56,834 bases of DNA, from contig JADHVV010000005.1 in assembly GCA_016783825.1 (NCBI GenBank), positions 1 through 56,834 of the forward strand, written 5' to 3'. Position 1 is the stretch's first letter. Every line of letters begins with the position of its first letter. The DNA is from Candidatus Zhuqueibacterota bacterium. Lineage in GTDB: Bacteria; Zhuqueibacterota; Zhuqueibacteria; Thermofontimicrobiales; Thermofontimicrobiaceae. Position numbers and translations under genes: made by a program. Positions 10,617 through 20,063 of this stretch are shown piece after piece. The notes beneath the pieces were generated by a model. It had not been told where the DNA came from. It made no database searches and saw nothing but the letters and a program-made list of their open reading frames with translations.

Positions 10617-11135
10617 TTACTTTCTTTCCCCGATTTGTTTAGCAGGTACTCCACCAACAATGGTATAAGGCTGAACACTCTTTGTAACCACCGATCCTGC
10701 GGCAACTACAGCACCATTGCCGATTTCAATCCCGGGGAGAATAATTGAATATGCTCCCAACCAGACATCAGAACCAATATTTATATCCTGTTCAACGCCG
10801 TCCTGATCCCTAATTAGCTGTTCCTTTTTCAGTCCATGATTGTCAGAAGTAATAAATGATCCCGGCCCTATAATTGTATTATCACCCACTGTAACTTTTG
10901 ATTTTTTACCAGCCCAGATATAAACATTTCTTTGAACATGTACATTATCTCCCAGGAAAATATTTTCGGAATAAGCCAAAGACGCAGATGGACGCACATT
11001 GGTTTTCTTCCCACAAGCGCCCAAATGTTTTATGCCATAAACATTATCTGTGAAGAACAAGGCAATGAACTGTCTCAATTGAAACCAAAATACTTTTGAA
11101 AAAATAAGTGATAAATACTTAATAATTTTTTTCAC
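10617..11135 (-). CDS. Hexapeptide-repeat acyltransferase (sugar O-acetyltransferase)
   Basis: IGSDVWLGA..ILPG..IG.GAVVAAGSVVTK...GGVPAK. Confidence 0.9.
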   Translation of the reverse strand: MKKIIKYLSLIFSKVFWFQLRQFIALFFTDNVYGIKHLGACGKKTNVRPSASLAYSENIFLGDNVHVQRNVYIWAGKKSKVTVGDNTIIGPGSFITSDNHGLKKEQLIRDQDGVEQDINIGSDVWLGAYSIILPGIEIGNGAVVAAGSVVTKSVQPYTIVGGVPAKQIGERK

Positions 11136-11144
11136 AACAACTCC

Positions 11145-12011
11145 TCAGATTTGGACTACCAGTTTTTGATGAACTTTTTTCAAAAACCATTTGAAATTTG
11201 AGAAAGGAGAGAATAGATATTTTTGCCATCGTTCAGCAAATTGTTTAAAAAACGGATCATTAGTTATTCGAAATAATGATTCCAACTGTTTAATATGGAT
11301 TCGATGATAAAACTTTGCAGTTAAGCGGCGTGGATTTGCAAGCTCATAATAAGACCAATAACCACTGTCATATCGAAACATATTTTCTTTCAAACTTTCA
11401 ATAAACAGGTGAAATTTTTTTTGAGCGTCCTTATCCTGCAAATAAACGAAATAATCATAAACACCAAAAATCGCAAAGATAAATCCGTTTAAGACAGAGG
11501 AACGTTTTGAAGATGATGGGTATTCTTCAATTAATGGCAAACCGTCAGGAAATTCTGAAATAATCCCACCATCCTTTACCTTCACGTCAAAAATTCTCCA
11601 AGCAGCTTGAGCTGCTTCTAAATATTTTTTTTCACCCGAAATTTGAAACGCACGCAGTAAAACAGATATTGCTTGTCCCTGTGCCATTCCTGAAATCCAT
11701 GGCGCTTTAATATCGTAAAATGGGAGATCAAATTGATAAAACCAAACCGCAGACTTGTTTGGCCCATCTTTAGCATGTTCCAACAACCAATTTGCCTGGG
11801 ATAAAAAAATATCTTTGGATAAAGAAGATGAAGTTCTTAAATAATTATTAAAATGAAATAAACCATATTGGCATACTGTGATCGGATTATGTTTCCAACC
11901 AGGTAACCTGTGAAAACGACTTAACGGCACTCCATTATCATCAAATTCATACTCAGAAAAATCTTCGCCGAGGCGTTTATTCAAATCAATATAGTAAAAT
12001 CCTAATTTCAT
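11145..12011 (-). CDS. D-glucuronyl C5-epimerase family protein
   Basis: NPITVCQYG, WISGMAQGQ, EEYP....VLNGFIF, WSYY, YH..HI.QL. Confidence 0.9.
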   Translation of the reverse strand: MKLGFYYIDLNKRLGEDFSEYEFDDNGVPLSRFHRLPGWKHNPITVCQYGLFHFNNYLRTSSSLSKDIFLSQANWLLEHAKDGPNKSAVWFYQFDLPFYDIKAPWISGMAQGQAISVLLRAFQISGEKKYLEAAQAAWRIFDVKVKDGGIISEFPDGLPLIEEYPSSSKRSSVLNGFIFAIFGVYDYFVYLQDKDAQKKFHLFIESLKENMFRYDSGYWSYYELANPRRLTAKFYHRIHIKQLESLFRITNDPFFKQFAERWQKYLFSPFSNFKWFLKKVHQKLVVQI

Positions 12012-12793
12012 TCGTACATCCGGATGCGACGGTCATTGAAAATATCATTATTTTCTGTTATATATTTATTTTTTGCCAACAAAGGATCTATTTCACATAC
12101 AAATGTCTGCTCTTCTTTCGCTTTTGCCCGGTGAATTATTTCGCCCAAACAACCGGTAATTTGACTGCAACCGGAAAATTTCAGTTCCTGCCCATTTCGT
12201 ACTTCTTTTCCAATACGATTGGCAGTAATTGCAAATACTCTATTCTCAATGCATCTCGTAACCATAGCATCTTGACAAAATGGAAGCACTAAATTTGACG
12301 GATGACAAATAATATCAGCGCCGCGCAAAGCCAATGTTCGTGTTGCTTCCGGGAAAATCCAATCAAAACAGATCATTACACCAATTTTTGCAGTTCCAAT
12401 ATCCCACACTTGAAATGGTAAATTTCCCGGAGCAAACCATTTCTTTTCATTATCAAATAAATGAATCTTTCGATAAAAACCGATAACTTTACCCTCTTTG
12501 ACAACAACAGCCGAATTATAAAAATGATTTTTATCTTTTTCAGCCAACCCGGCTACAATGGTACAATTATTTTCGTTTGATAATTTTTTAAGAAATTCTG
12601 TAGTTACCCCATTGGGAATATCTTCTGATAAGTTTTCAACTTCGTCCTGGGAAGTGAATAAATAGCCTGTATTAAACAATTCAGGAAACACCCATAAATC
12701 TGCACTTTCATTTTTTATGAGGTGGGTAACAGTTTCGAAATTTCGATCCTTTTTTCCAAAGGCTATATTAAACTGAAGAAGTCCGATGCGCAT
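12008..12793 (-). CDS. Carbon-nitrogen hydrolase (nitrilase superfamily)
   Basis: FPEL, YRKIHL, ICFDWIFPE (E-K-C triad); likely start at MRIGLLQ. Confidence 0.9.
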   Translation of the reverse strand: MRIGLLQFNIAFGKKDRNFETVTHLIKNESADLWVFPELFNTGYLFTSQDEVENLSEDIPNGVTTEFLKKLSNENNCTIVAGLAEKDKNHFYNSAVVVKEGKVIGFYRKIHLFDNEKKWFAPGNLPFQVWDIGTAKIGVMICFDWIFPEATRTLALRGADIICHPSNLVLPFCQDAMVTRCIENRVFAITANRIGKEVRNGQELKFSGCSQITGCLGEIIHRAKAKEEQTFVCEIDPLLAKNKYITENNDIFNDRRIRMYE

Positions 12794-12814
12794 AATTAAT
12801 TTCCCATAATCCAA

Positions 12815-12990
12815 CCTGGACAAGCCAGAACCAATAAGCTAACTGGGTAATTAGTTTATTGGGTAATTGGGAATTCATAATATTGATTAATCTATTATTA
12901 CCCAATTTCCTTATTAGCAAATTACCTTTCAAGGGCTCTATTCTAATTTAGTAACTTTTTGCCCATTGTTTAACGATTTCACTTTGTAGG
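12815..12990. repeat. CCTGGACAAGCCAGAACC-headed element with GGTAATT/AATTACC arms
   Basis: Similar copies at about 13854-14079 and 35644-35856; same head with different (CGCAAAG) arms at 15842. Confidence 0.75.
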
Positions 12991-13000
12991 ATCTAAACTA

Positions 13001-13744
13001 TCATACCAGTGTCTTATTTATTCTTTTAATCAATTGAACCGCACGCTCGTTTCTTGGATTAATTTGCAAAAATTCCTTTAAAACTTCCAATGCTTTTTCA
13101 TTCCATCCGCTATCCACATAATATTCAGCTGCCATCAAGTAGGGATTTGCTGTTTTATCTTCACCAGTCAGTTTTATTATTATTGCATCATATTTCTCTT
13201 TGAAAATTGGTAAAATTTCCTCTCTATTATCGATAAAATACGAAATTAAATTGATATTTTCCTGGTGATCGGTTAACAATTGAATTAACAAATCAGCCCC
13301 TTGGTCAAACAACTCGGTAATTTTTCTAATGTTTGTGTTATAAGACTTTTTTGATTCCTGGTAAAATTCACTGTCTTTTTCATAATAATCGATTAAATAT
13401 TTAAGCTCCCTGGTAACCAGAACACGATGGAATAAAAGACCGATATTATTCATAAAATTTATTTCTCGCTCATTGGGAGTTATCTTATCAACTGCTTCAA
13501 AAATTTGTTTTTGGGGATTTAAAACTCTTTTGTAGATTAAATGGAAATTCTCTTTTGTTTCATATAAAATATCGCACATCTTTCTCAAATTACTAAAAGT
13601 TATCTGTTGCCGGGAACGATTTGACTTTAAACATTTACTGAATATCAAGAATGCATTTATGTACCCACTTATAATTTCCTGGATTTTCCAATCCTTTATT
13701 CCTGAAATATATGAGCTTACGTTGCTATCGTTATTCTCCGCCAT
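13001..13744 (-). CDS. Hypothetical helical protein with C-terminal TPR-like motif
   Basis: 247-aa ORF; C-terminal 'AAEYY..SG..EKALEVLKEFLQINP.N'. Confidence 0.65.
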   Translation of the reverse strand: MAENNDSNVSSYISGIKDWKIQEIISGYINAFLIFSKCLKSNRSRQQITFSNLRKMCDILYETKENFHLIYKRVLNPQKQIFEAVDKITPNEREINFMNNIGLLFHRVLVTRELKYLIDYYEKDSEFYQESKKSYNTNIRKITELFDQGADLLIQLLTDHQENINLISYFIDNREEILPIFKEKYDAIIIKLTGEDKTANPYLMAAEYYVDSGWNEKALEVLKEFLQINPRNERAVQLIKRINKTLV

Positions 13745-13792
13745 ACAAAATATCCTTATTTTTTGATTGCAAATTATTTTATGTGATCATTC

Positions 13793-13821
13793 AATATAAT
13801 AAAATTACTTCATATTTTCAA
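13793..13821 (-). promoter_or_regulatory. Sigma70-like promoter
   Basis: TTGAAA-N17-TATATT upstream of the ORF starting at 13744. Confidence 0.45.
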
Positions 13822-13853
13822 GTAAAATTAGATTTTTTTCTGGTAAAACCAAA

Positions 13854-14079
13854 CCAGGACAAGCCAAAACTAATCAGTTGAGAATGACTTTGTAAACGAA
13901 TTGAGTCTTTTGTAACGCTCTAAAAGGTAACTTGGTAATTAGTTTATCGGGTAATAAGGAATTCATAATGCTGATAATTTTTTATTACCCAATTTCCTTA
14001 TTACCAAATTACTTTTCAAATGTTCTTTTTTTGTATTCCGTATGCTTATGCCCAATGTTAAGGAATTTGTCTGTTCAAG
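13854..14079. repeat. Second copy of the CCTGGACAAG/GGTAATT element
   Basis: CCAGGACAAGCC head, GGTAATTAGTTTATCGGGTAAT...ATTACCCAATT arms, GCCCAATGTT tail. Confidence 0.75.
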
Positions 14080-14081
14080 AA

Positions 14082-15530
14082 CTAACAGTGATGGATTTTC
14101 TCCAGAAATAATTTATTTTCACTAATGTAACGGCGAGTTATTTCCAGGCACTTGTCTAAAGTTCCGCAATCATCCACATTAAAAAAATTCACCTTATTTT
14201 TATTCAAGTACAACCACCTCCAGATGATCTCTATTTGTTCCGAAGAAAAAGAATTCTCATTTTTACTATTTTTGAAGAAGAATTGTTGAACAGTATTTTT
14301 CAGCACAATAATATCAGGCTTGTCCTTATTAAAAGAATATCGTATTGCTGATTTTATTCCGTTAACTAAAAACAGGGTGATGGTGTTTAACATTTGAGAT
14401 GGCAGAAAAGCAATAACTCTCCTTTCTAAATATTTTTGTTCTTTTAAATGATGAATCTTGAATTGTCTATTCAATTCCGGTTGATATTGGTTTATATATT
14501 TATTTTCAAGCAGCAAAGCCTCCAATTCAGAACCAGTAGTTTCAATTTGTAAATCATAAATATCACTTAAAACTTTTTTACCTTTTTCGTCCACATCATA
14601 TCTATTTGCAAAATAAGATTCTACACGAGATTTCAGATTTTTAGCTTTGCCCACATAAAATACTTCACCTTCTTTATTTTTCATTAAGTATACACCTGGA
14701 GAAGATGGCAAATCTTTAATAAACTGCTCATCGAAATTATAGTTAGAAAAATTTACCCATTCAAATGTATCAGTTAAAAATATATTCAAATCTTCAATTG
14801 ATTCAATATTTATTTTTTTTAATTTATCTAATAATTCAATCCAGATATCAATAAAAAGATCAGTACGTTCAGAAAAATTTAGAGGTGAATGATAAGAAAT
14901 ATTTAATCCATCAGCAATATCTTCCACGGTTTTATTTTTATGACCAGGTATTAATTTCCTGGATAAATCTTTCAAATTTATTTTCTCAATCTCTAATTCA
15001 AATTTCCCATTCTGCCTGAAAAACCAGTTTAATCTATCCATGGTTTTACATGGCGAATCACTAACCAAAACAGAACCTGTTAGGCTCTCATAAATTGTAT
15101 CCAAATTGGTTAAAAATTTTCCATCAATTTCTGTTTGAGAGATTAGCGTTTCTCTCTTATTTTGAATTTCGTTTGAAATTTTAATTGGAATATCTATTGT
15201 GAATATTTTTTTAGATACCGGTTTAAAATTCTTAACTTGAGCAATCGCCAGTAAAACGGGCAATTCTTTTTTATTATTGATGGGAATAGTTTTGTATTCA
15301 ATGATTGAGAAGACAATATCATGCAAGCTCTGTTTTTTTTCTTGTTTTTTAACCGACCAAAAACCAGATTCTTCTTTCACAAATCGAACGTCATCTGATA
15401 ATATTGAATCAACAATTTTCTCTGCCTGGGGAATCGGTTTATCAAAAGTGTAAAAAAATTTTTCTAATATTTGCTCGGGTGTTATTGTCTCGTGTTTTTC
15501 AAGAAGGTATTTGTAGATTTTTTCTTTCAT
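14082..15530 (-). CDS. UvrC-like GIY-YIG nuclease fused to a degenerate DEDD/DnaQ-like region
   Basis: LPSSPGVYLMKN...YVGKAKNLKSRV.SYF, ELEALLLE...I....P.LN. Confidence 0.8.
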   Translation of the reverse strand: MKEKIYKYLLEKHETITPEQILEKFFYTFDKPIPQAEKIVDSILSDDVRFVKEESGFWSVKKQEKKQSLHDIVFSIIEYKTIPINNKKELPVLLAIAQVKNFKPVSKKIFTIDIPIKISNEIQNKRETLISQTEIDGKFLTNLDTIYESLTGSVLVSDSPCKTMDRLNWFFRQNGKFELEIEKINLKDLSRKLIPGHKNKTVEDIADGLNISYHSPLNFSERTDLFIDIWIELLDKLKKINIESIEDLNIFLTDTFEWVNFSNYNFDEQFIKDLPSSPGVYLMKNKEGEVFYVGKAKNLKSRVESYFANRYDVDEKGKKVLSDIYDLQIETTGSELEALLLENKYINQYQPELNRQFKIHHLKEQKYLERRVIAFLPSQMLNTITLFLVNGIKSAIRYSFNKDKPDIIVLKNTVQQFFFKNSKNENSFSSEQIEIIWRWLYLNKNKVNFFNVDDCGTLDKCLEITRRYISENKLFLEKIHHC

Positions 15531-15617
15531 ATCTCAAAAGTAAGAAAAATATTTGAAAAATCAAAATGATTTTATTATACTTTTTAAAATGTAATACCTC
15601 AATTATTGGTGGTAAAA

Positions 15618-15648
15618 ACTTTACTAAACCTTGAAGGTTTAGTAAAGT
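15618..15648. repeat. Short hairpin CTTTACTAAACCTT-AAGGTTTAGTAAAG
   Basis: Near-identical copy at 51903-51935. Confidence 0.75.
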
Positions 15649-15687
15649 TGCTCTTTCCGTAATAGTTCGCCACCCTAAACTAATGCT

Positions 15688-15816
15688 GTCATTCCGGCAT
15701 GTTTGTAGCCGGAATCTCCGGATGTTTTATACTGTTTGCGCAAAATAAACGTCCAAAAGTTGTATTATAGAGATTCCGGCATTCCTCCGCCAGCTGGCGG
15801 ATCCAGTCGGAATGAC
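15688..15816. repeat. REP-like GTCATTCCGG...GGAATGAC bipartite palindrome
   Basis: Family members at 2063, 32971, 33513 and 51974. Confidence 0.8.
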
Positions 15817-15841
15817 AGATGAACTATTACCTCTTTCCCAA

Positions 15842-16022
15842 CCTGGACAAGCCAGAACCGACTGAAAAAGAATCTCACGCAAAGTCGCGAAGCCGCAAAG
15901 AAATCGCAAAGTTTTTTTAGATTTTCTTTGCGTAATCTTTGCGTTTCTGCGGCTTTGCGTGAATTTTTTTTTTTGCCCATTGTGCAAGAAAATAACTTTT
16001 TAGATACTAATACTGATCCAAG
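15842..16022. repeat. CCTGGACAAG-headed element with CGCAAAG/CTTTGCG arms
   Basis: TCACGCAAAGTCGCGAAGCCGCAAAG ... CTTTGCGTTTCTGCGGCTTTGCGTGA; GCCCATTGT tail. Confidence 0.7.
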
Positions 16023-16178
16023 AATGATGTTTTACCTAAAAATGTAAAACCTCAGTTACATGTGGAAACAAGCACATTTACTTTGTGCCTTTGAAATATA
16101 ATTTCGAATGAAACATCAAGACGAATTTTTTAATGCAGTGATTTTTCTACTTCATTGTGGGATTGATAAAAAATCACC

Positions 16179-16489
16179 TGTATGACGTTATGAAACCTTA
16201 TTCTTGTTTTTTAAACCTTAGTAGTAAAAAACCAAGCCCCATTTTTACCTTATTACCTTATTCTTCTGCAAAGTCTCATGGTAATGTTTTATGAATTGTT
16301 CATAGTCATCAGCAAACGTTTCTTTTTTGTGATTCTCAGGTTGATTAAGCATACTGAATACAAAATGGGTGTCTAAGTTGTTATATTCTACTTTCATATC
16401 AAATAAGGTAATAAGGTTTACGGATTTAGTTGATTTTCATATTCTACTAAGGTTTTAAAGATAAAAATAAGGTTTTTATTAACTCAACA
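16179..16489. mobile_element. Gene-less mini-transposon with TGT...ACA ends and repeated ACCTTA sites (Tn7/Mu-like end architecture)
   Basis: About 80-bp imperfect inverted arms, four ACCTTA units on each side; no target-site duplication. Confidence 0.5.
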
Positions 16490-16677
16490 AGTAGCTCAGA
16501 TTTGATAACAACTGTCTCTCTTGCTCAGGGATGTGAGTGCACTGGACGCTAATACAACGATAGACTTTATATTTATAGTTTAACTGCCATCCCGGCAACA
16601 ATGCGTCATATAAAATAAAAGCAAAGCTACATTAATCTACCGATAACTGAGGTATTGCCTAAAAATTCAAATAATGC

Positions 16678-16706
16678 TTGACTCGTTGTTAAATATTGTT
16701 TAAATT
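16678..16706 (+). promoter_or_regulatory. Sigma70-like promoter
   Basis: TTGACT-N17-TAAATT upstream of 16769. Confidence 0.55.
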
Positions 16707-16768
16707 CAATGTGAAAAATTATTTTGATAATTATTAAGTCGGTTATTTACGCATAAAATTATTTATAT

Positions 16769-17179
16769 ATGAAAACTTTAACCAAAGAATTTAAAAAAAC
16801 TATTGAAGCCTGGCATGTTGTTTCAAATATATTATCAACCATTCATACTGAAGAGCAGTATAACAATGCTGTCGATCTTCTGGATACCTTAATAAACAAG
16901 GTTACGAAAGGGGAGAATTTTATAATTGAATCATTAATTGATACATTGGGTACATTAATTAAAGATTATGAAGATAGGAATTTTCCTGAACCTGAAGGAG
17001 ATCCGATAGGATGCTTAAAATTCCTGATGAACGAGCATGATATTAAAGAGTATGAGTTAATAGAACTTGGAAGTAGAAATGATATATTGAATATTTTAGA
17101 AGGAAAAAAACATCTAAATGTAGAACAGATCAAAGCATTGAGCAAAAAATTTCATGTTTCTCCTGCTGTATTTATTTGA
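16769..17179 (+). CDS. HigA-like HTH antitoxin/transcriptional regulator
   Basis: IHTEEQY..A...LD.L, LI.DYE, LKFLM.EH...LG, IL.GK..L..EQIKALS..FHVSPAVF. Confidence 0.85.
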   Translation: MKTLTKEFKKTIEAWHVVSNILSTIHTEEQYNNAVDLLDTLINKVTKGENFIIESLIDTLGTLIKDYEDRNFPEPEGDPIGCLKFLMNEHDIKEYELIELGSRNDILNILEGKKHLNVEQIKALSKKFHVSPAVFI

Positions 17180-17200
17180 ATAATTGATAAGAGATAAGAA

Positions 17201-17446
17201 ATGAAGAATATTATTAATTTGCTCGATGTAGTTGCACTTACTGTTGACTTGCCTGAATATAAATTATATAGAGGGCAAGTTGGCACAGTGGTTGAAATAC
17301 TTGCAAATGGTAAAGCGTATGAAGTAGAATTCAGCGATCAAAATGGTCGTACTTTTGAATCTATCGGCTTACGATCTGATCATATCATGGTATTGCATTA
17401 TGAGCCAATAACCGATGATTCAGTTCTTGTTGCAAATGCAGTATAG
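17201..17446 (+). CDS. DUF4926-like protein
   Basis: LLDVVALTVDLP...L.RGQVGTVVE......YEVEFSD..GRT. Confidence 0.85.
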   Translation: MKNIINLLDVVALTVDLPEYKLYRGQVGTVVEILANGKAYEVEFSDQNGRTFESIGLRSDHIMVLHYEPITDDSVLVANAV

Positions 17447-17454
17447 AGGAAAAA

Positions 17455-17697
17455 ATGGAATTCATCATAAGAGATGTCTTAAAAAACTGTCCAATATGTG
17501 ATTCTCATCGAATCAAACGTGTGGAAGGTACGGTTAAAAGAAAAATTCGCCGAAAAGTTATCCGAATACCTAAAGTAATATATTGGGTTTGTGAAAGTTG
17601 TGGTGAAAAGATTTTCTTTCCAGATTCTTTGAAACAAATGAGAACGTATGTAAAACAACATGCTGATTTGGAGACAGAAAGATTACAAACTTCATAG
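17455..17697 (+). CDS. YgiT/MqsA-type zinc finger protein
   Basis: CPIC...IPKV..WVCESCGE. Confidence 0.8.
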   Translation: MEFIIRDVLKNCPICDSHRIKRVEGTVKRKIRRKVIRIPKVIYWVCESCGEKIFFPDSLKQMRTYVKQHADLETERLQTS

Positions 17698-17706
17698 GTT
17701 AAGTAG

Positions 17707-17895
17707 TTGAGAAAATTTATGAACTTTTTAATTGAGAAGTTAGAGACAAGACTCAAGCCGCGTATTTCCGAAGGAGTAAAGGAACGGCTTGAAGAAATAA
17801 TTGAATTAGCTGACAATGATGTTTTAGATTTAATTCGCCCAAGAAATATTGAACAAGAAGTATTGGACATAATTGATGAAATTAAAACCAATTGA
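17707..17895 (+). CDS. Small hypothetical protein or gene fragment
   Basis: 62-aa co-directional ORF before the terminator; no recognisable motif. Confidence 0.35.
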   Translation: MRKFMNFLIEKLETRLKPRISEGVKERLEEIIELADNDVLDLIRPRNIEQEVLDIIDEIKTN

Positions 17896-17920
17896 ATTTC
17901 AGTCCACAAACCTGGTATAA

Positions 17921-17959
17921 TAAAAAAGTCTCACTATTTTCACAGCGAGACTTTTTTTA
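17921..17959. terminator. Bidirectional intrinsic terminator
   Basis: AAAAAAGTCTCAC-loop-GCGAGACTTTTTTT between convergent genes. Confidence 0.75.
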
Positions 17960-18036
17960 TTTAAATTAAACTAATAAAAACCAAGCGCGACAAATTGCGG
18001 TAATAGAGACATTCATAATCGTTCAATTTAAAGACT

Positions 18037-18089
18037 ACTGCAACTGCTACTTTATGAATAATACTGATAAATTTATTTTAAAACTTTTG
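18037..18089. repeat. 53-bp direct repeat, copy 1
   Basis: 48/53 identical to 30954-31006 by manual alignment. Confidence 0.8.
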
Positions 18090-18206
18090 TACAGTCTCTA
18101 CCATTTTAAAAATAGTAATGTAACTGCACAGGCACAGTCTGTATTCCTTTTAAAAAAATAAAGTAACTGTACAGGCAAAGAAACCGAAGATTTAACTGAT
18201 AACAAA

Positions 18207-19880
18207 CTACCGCATCGTACCCAAATATTCAGTGGTTAACTGTCGTTTCCTCACATCTGGATTACTATAATCAGGAAGCAGCATCGGGCCAACCTTGTCT
18301 TTGATTCCAGCGCCTTCAACTTCTTTATTAAATTTTTTAACATGATCCAACGACAAGTTCCCATTCCCAGCAAATCCTTTAATATATTCAGCAGCATTTA
18401 TGCCTGCAATTCTGCCGAATACAGTTACGTCAAGCAGTGAATTTCCCATCAAACGATTTTGACCATGAATTCCGCCTAAAACTTCACCAGCCATGTACAA
18501 ACCTGGGACTTTAGTTTCGCCCTTATTATTGGCTTCCATTCCCCCATTTTGATAATGAAGCGTCGGGTAAATCAACATGGGTTCTTTTGAAATATTAATT
18601 CCGTATCTCCTGAACAAAATACTTTTTCCTGGAAATTCCCTTGCTACGGTTCCTTCGCCCGATAACATATCGATCATTGGAGCATCCAACCACACACCGA
18701 ATTTTCCTGTGGGCGTTGGAACACCATTATTTCTATCTTTTGAACACTCCCGAATGATCGCCGAAGCTTCAACATCTCGCGGCTCACGCTCAAACACAAA
18801 TTGTTCGCCATGAACATTGACAATATTAGCGCCAGCGCCGCGCACTTTTTCAGTAATTAACAATCCTTCTGCCTGCTCTGGAAATACAGCGCCAGTTGGG
18901 TGATATTGTACGGTATGCAAGAAACAAACTGGCACTCCTGCACGGTAACTCATCACCAACCCATCACCTGTTGCGCCATAATGATTTGTGGTCATAAAAT
19001 CTTGAATGTGAAGTCTGCCAGTGCCGCCAGTCGCCATAATAACTGCTTTTGCTTTAATGATAAAATATTCTTCAGTTTCCAGATTATACATCACAGCGCC
19101 AACACATCTGCCACTGTCATCCAATAATAATTCCACGGCTGGTGAGAATTCAACAACTTTTATATCTTCAGGATGATTGCGCACTTCATCCCGAACTGTA
19201 CGCATAATTTCAGCGCCAGTAATGTCACCAGCATAATGCATTCTTTTACGTGATGTACCACCACCATGCATAGAATGAAGTTTTCCATCAGGATATTTAC
19301 TGAAAATCATTCCCAATTTTTCTAACCATTGCAAAGCTTTAGGGGCTTCAGTAACTAAAGTATAAACCAACTCTGGATCATTAACAAAATGTCCGCCGCC
19401 CAATACATCGAGGTAATGATAATATGGAGAATCTTTCCATGTTTTGCTTGCGCCTTGTATTCCGCCTTCTGCCATCATTGTATTAGCATCACCGTTGCGC
19501 AGCTTTGTCGCTAAAATAACTTTTGCACCGTTTTCCCTGGCAAGAAGAGCTGCCGAATTACCTGCGCCTCCCCCTCCGATAACCAGTACATCTGTCTCCA
19601 TGGCAACTTTTGAAAGATCAATTTTATCAGGATCGACCCTGCTTTTCGTTTCTAAAATATATGCATATTCCTGTGCAATGGCATATCCTTTACTGGCGCC
19701 GACTTTTAATTCTTTCCGGGTTCCAGCAATGAAATCAGGATGGTATTTTTTTAATATGTCCTGTCTTTTATCAACAGGAATACCAGTAAACTCTTCACCT
19801 TTCTTTTTTCTTTCGACTCGAGCGGGACGAGTTTCTTCAACTTTTTTGATTAAATTTTTTAATTCTGGTGTATATGGCAT
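18207..19880 (-). CDS. Fumarate reductase/succinate dehydrogenase-family flavoprotein (TfrA-like, non-covalent FAD)
   Basis: VIGGGGAG, AEGG, QYHPT, TEKVRG, PRD, HYQNGG, NRLMGNSL; no His before AEGG. Confidence 0.9.
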   Translation of the reverse strand: MPYTPELKNLIKKVEETRPARVERKKKGEEFTGIPVDKRQDILKKYHPDFIAGTRKELKVGASKGYAIAQEYAYILETKSRVDPDKIDLSKVAMETDVLVIGGGGAGNSAALLARENGAKVILATKLRNGDANTMMAEGGIQGASKTWKDSPYYHYLDVLGGGHFVNDPELVYTLVTEAPKALQWLEKLGMIFSKYPDGKLHSMHGGGTSRKRMHYAGDITGAEIMRTVRDEVRNHPEDIKVVEFSPAVELLLDDSGRCVGAVMYNLETEEYFIIKAKAVIMATGGTGRLHIQDFMTTNHYGATGDGLVMSYRAGVPVCFLHTVQYHPTGAVFPEQAEGLLITEKVRGAGANIVNVHGEQFVFEREPRDVEASAIIRECSKDRNNGVPTPTGKFGVWLDAPMIDMLSGEGTVAREFPGKSILFRRYGINISKEPMLIYPTLHYQNGGMEANNKGETKVPGLYMAGEVLGGIHGQNRLMGNSLLDVTVFGRIAGINAAEYIKGFAGNGNLSLDHVKKFNKEVEGAGIKDKVGPMLLPDYSNPDVRKRQLTTEYLGTMR

Positions 19881-19954
19881 TCTAATACCTCACGGGTTTT
19901 TATTACCACTAAATTCGTTTTTTTATTAATAATTTCTATTGTCTTTAAGCAAAA

Positions 19955-20060
19955 GTTTGAAGTGCCTAAATTGCCTAAAGTGCACTAAAGTACTTTTCTA
20001 TTATTAACTTTAGACTTGTACTTTAGTGCACTTTAAACTTTAGAGCACTTTAGATCACTT
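19955..20060. repeat. Tandem-unit palindrome (GAAGTGCCTAAAG family)
   Basis: Second copy at about 22638-22713. Confidence 0.7.
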
Positions 20061-20063
20061 GTA

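Noticed and set aside
15727-15987. Two overlapping minus-strand ORFs
   Set aside because: They consist entirely of repeat-element sequence
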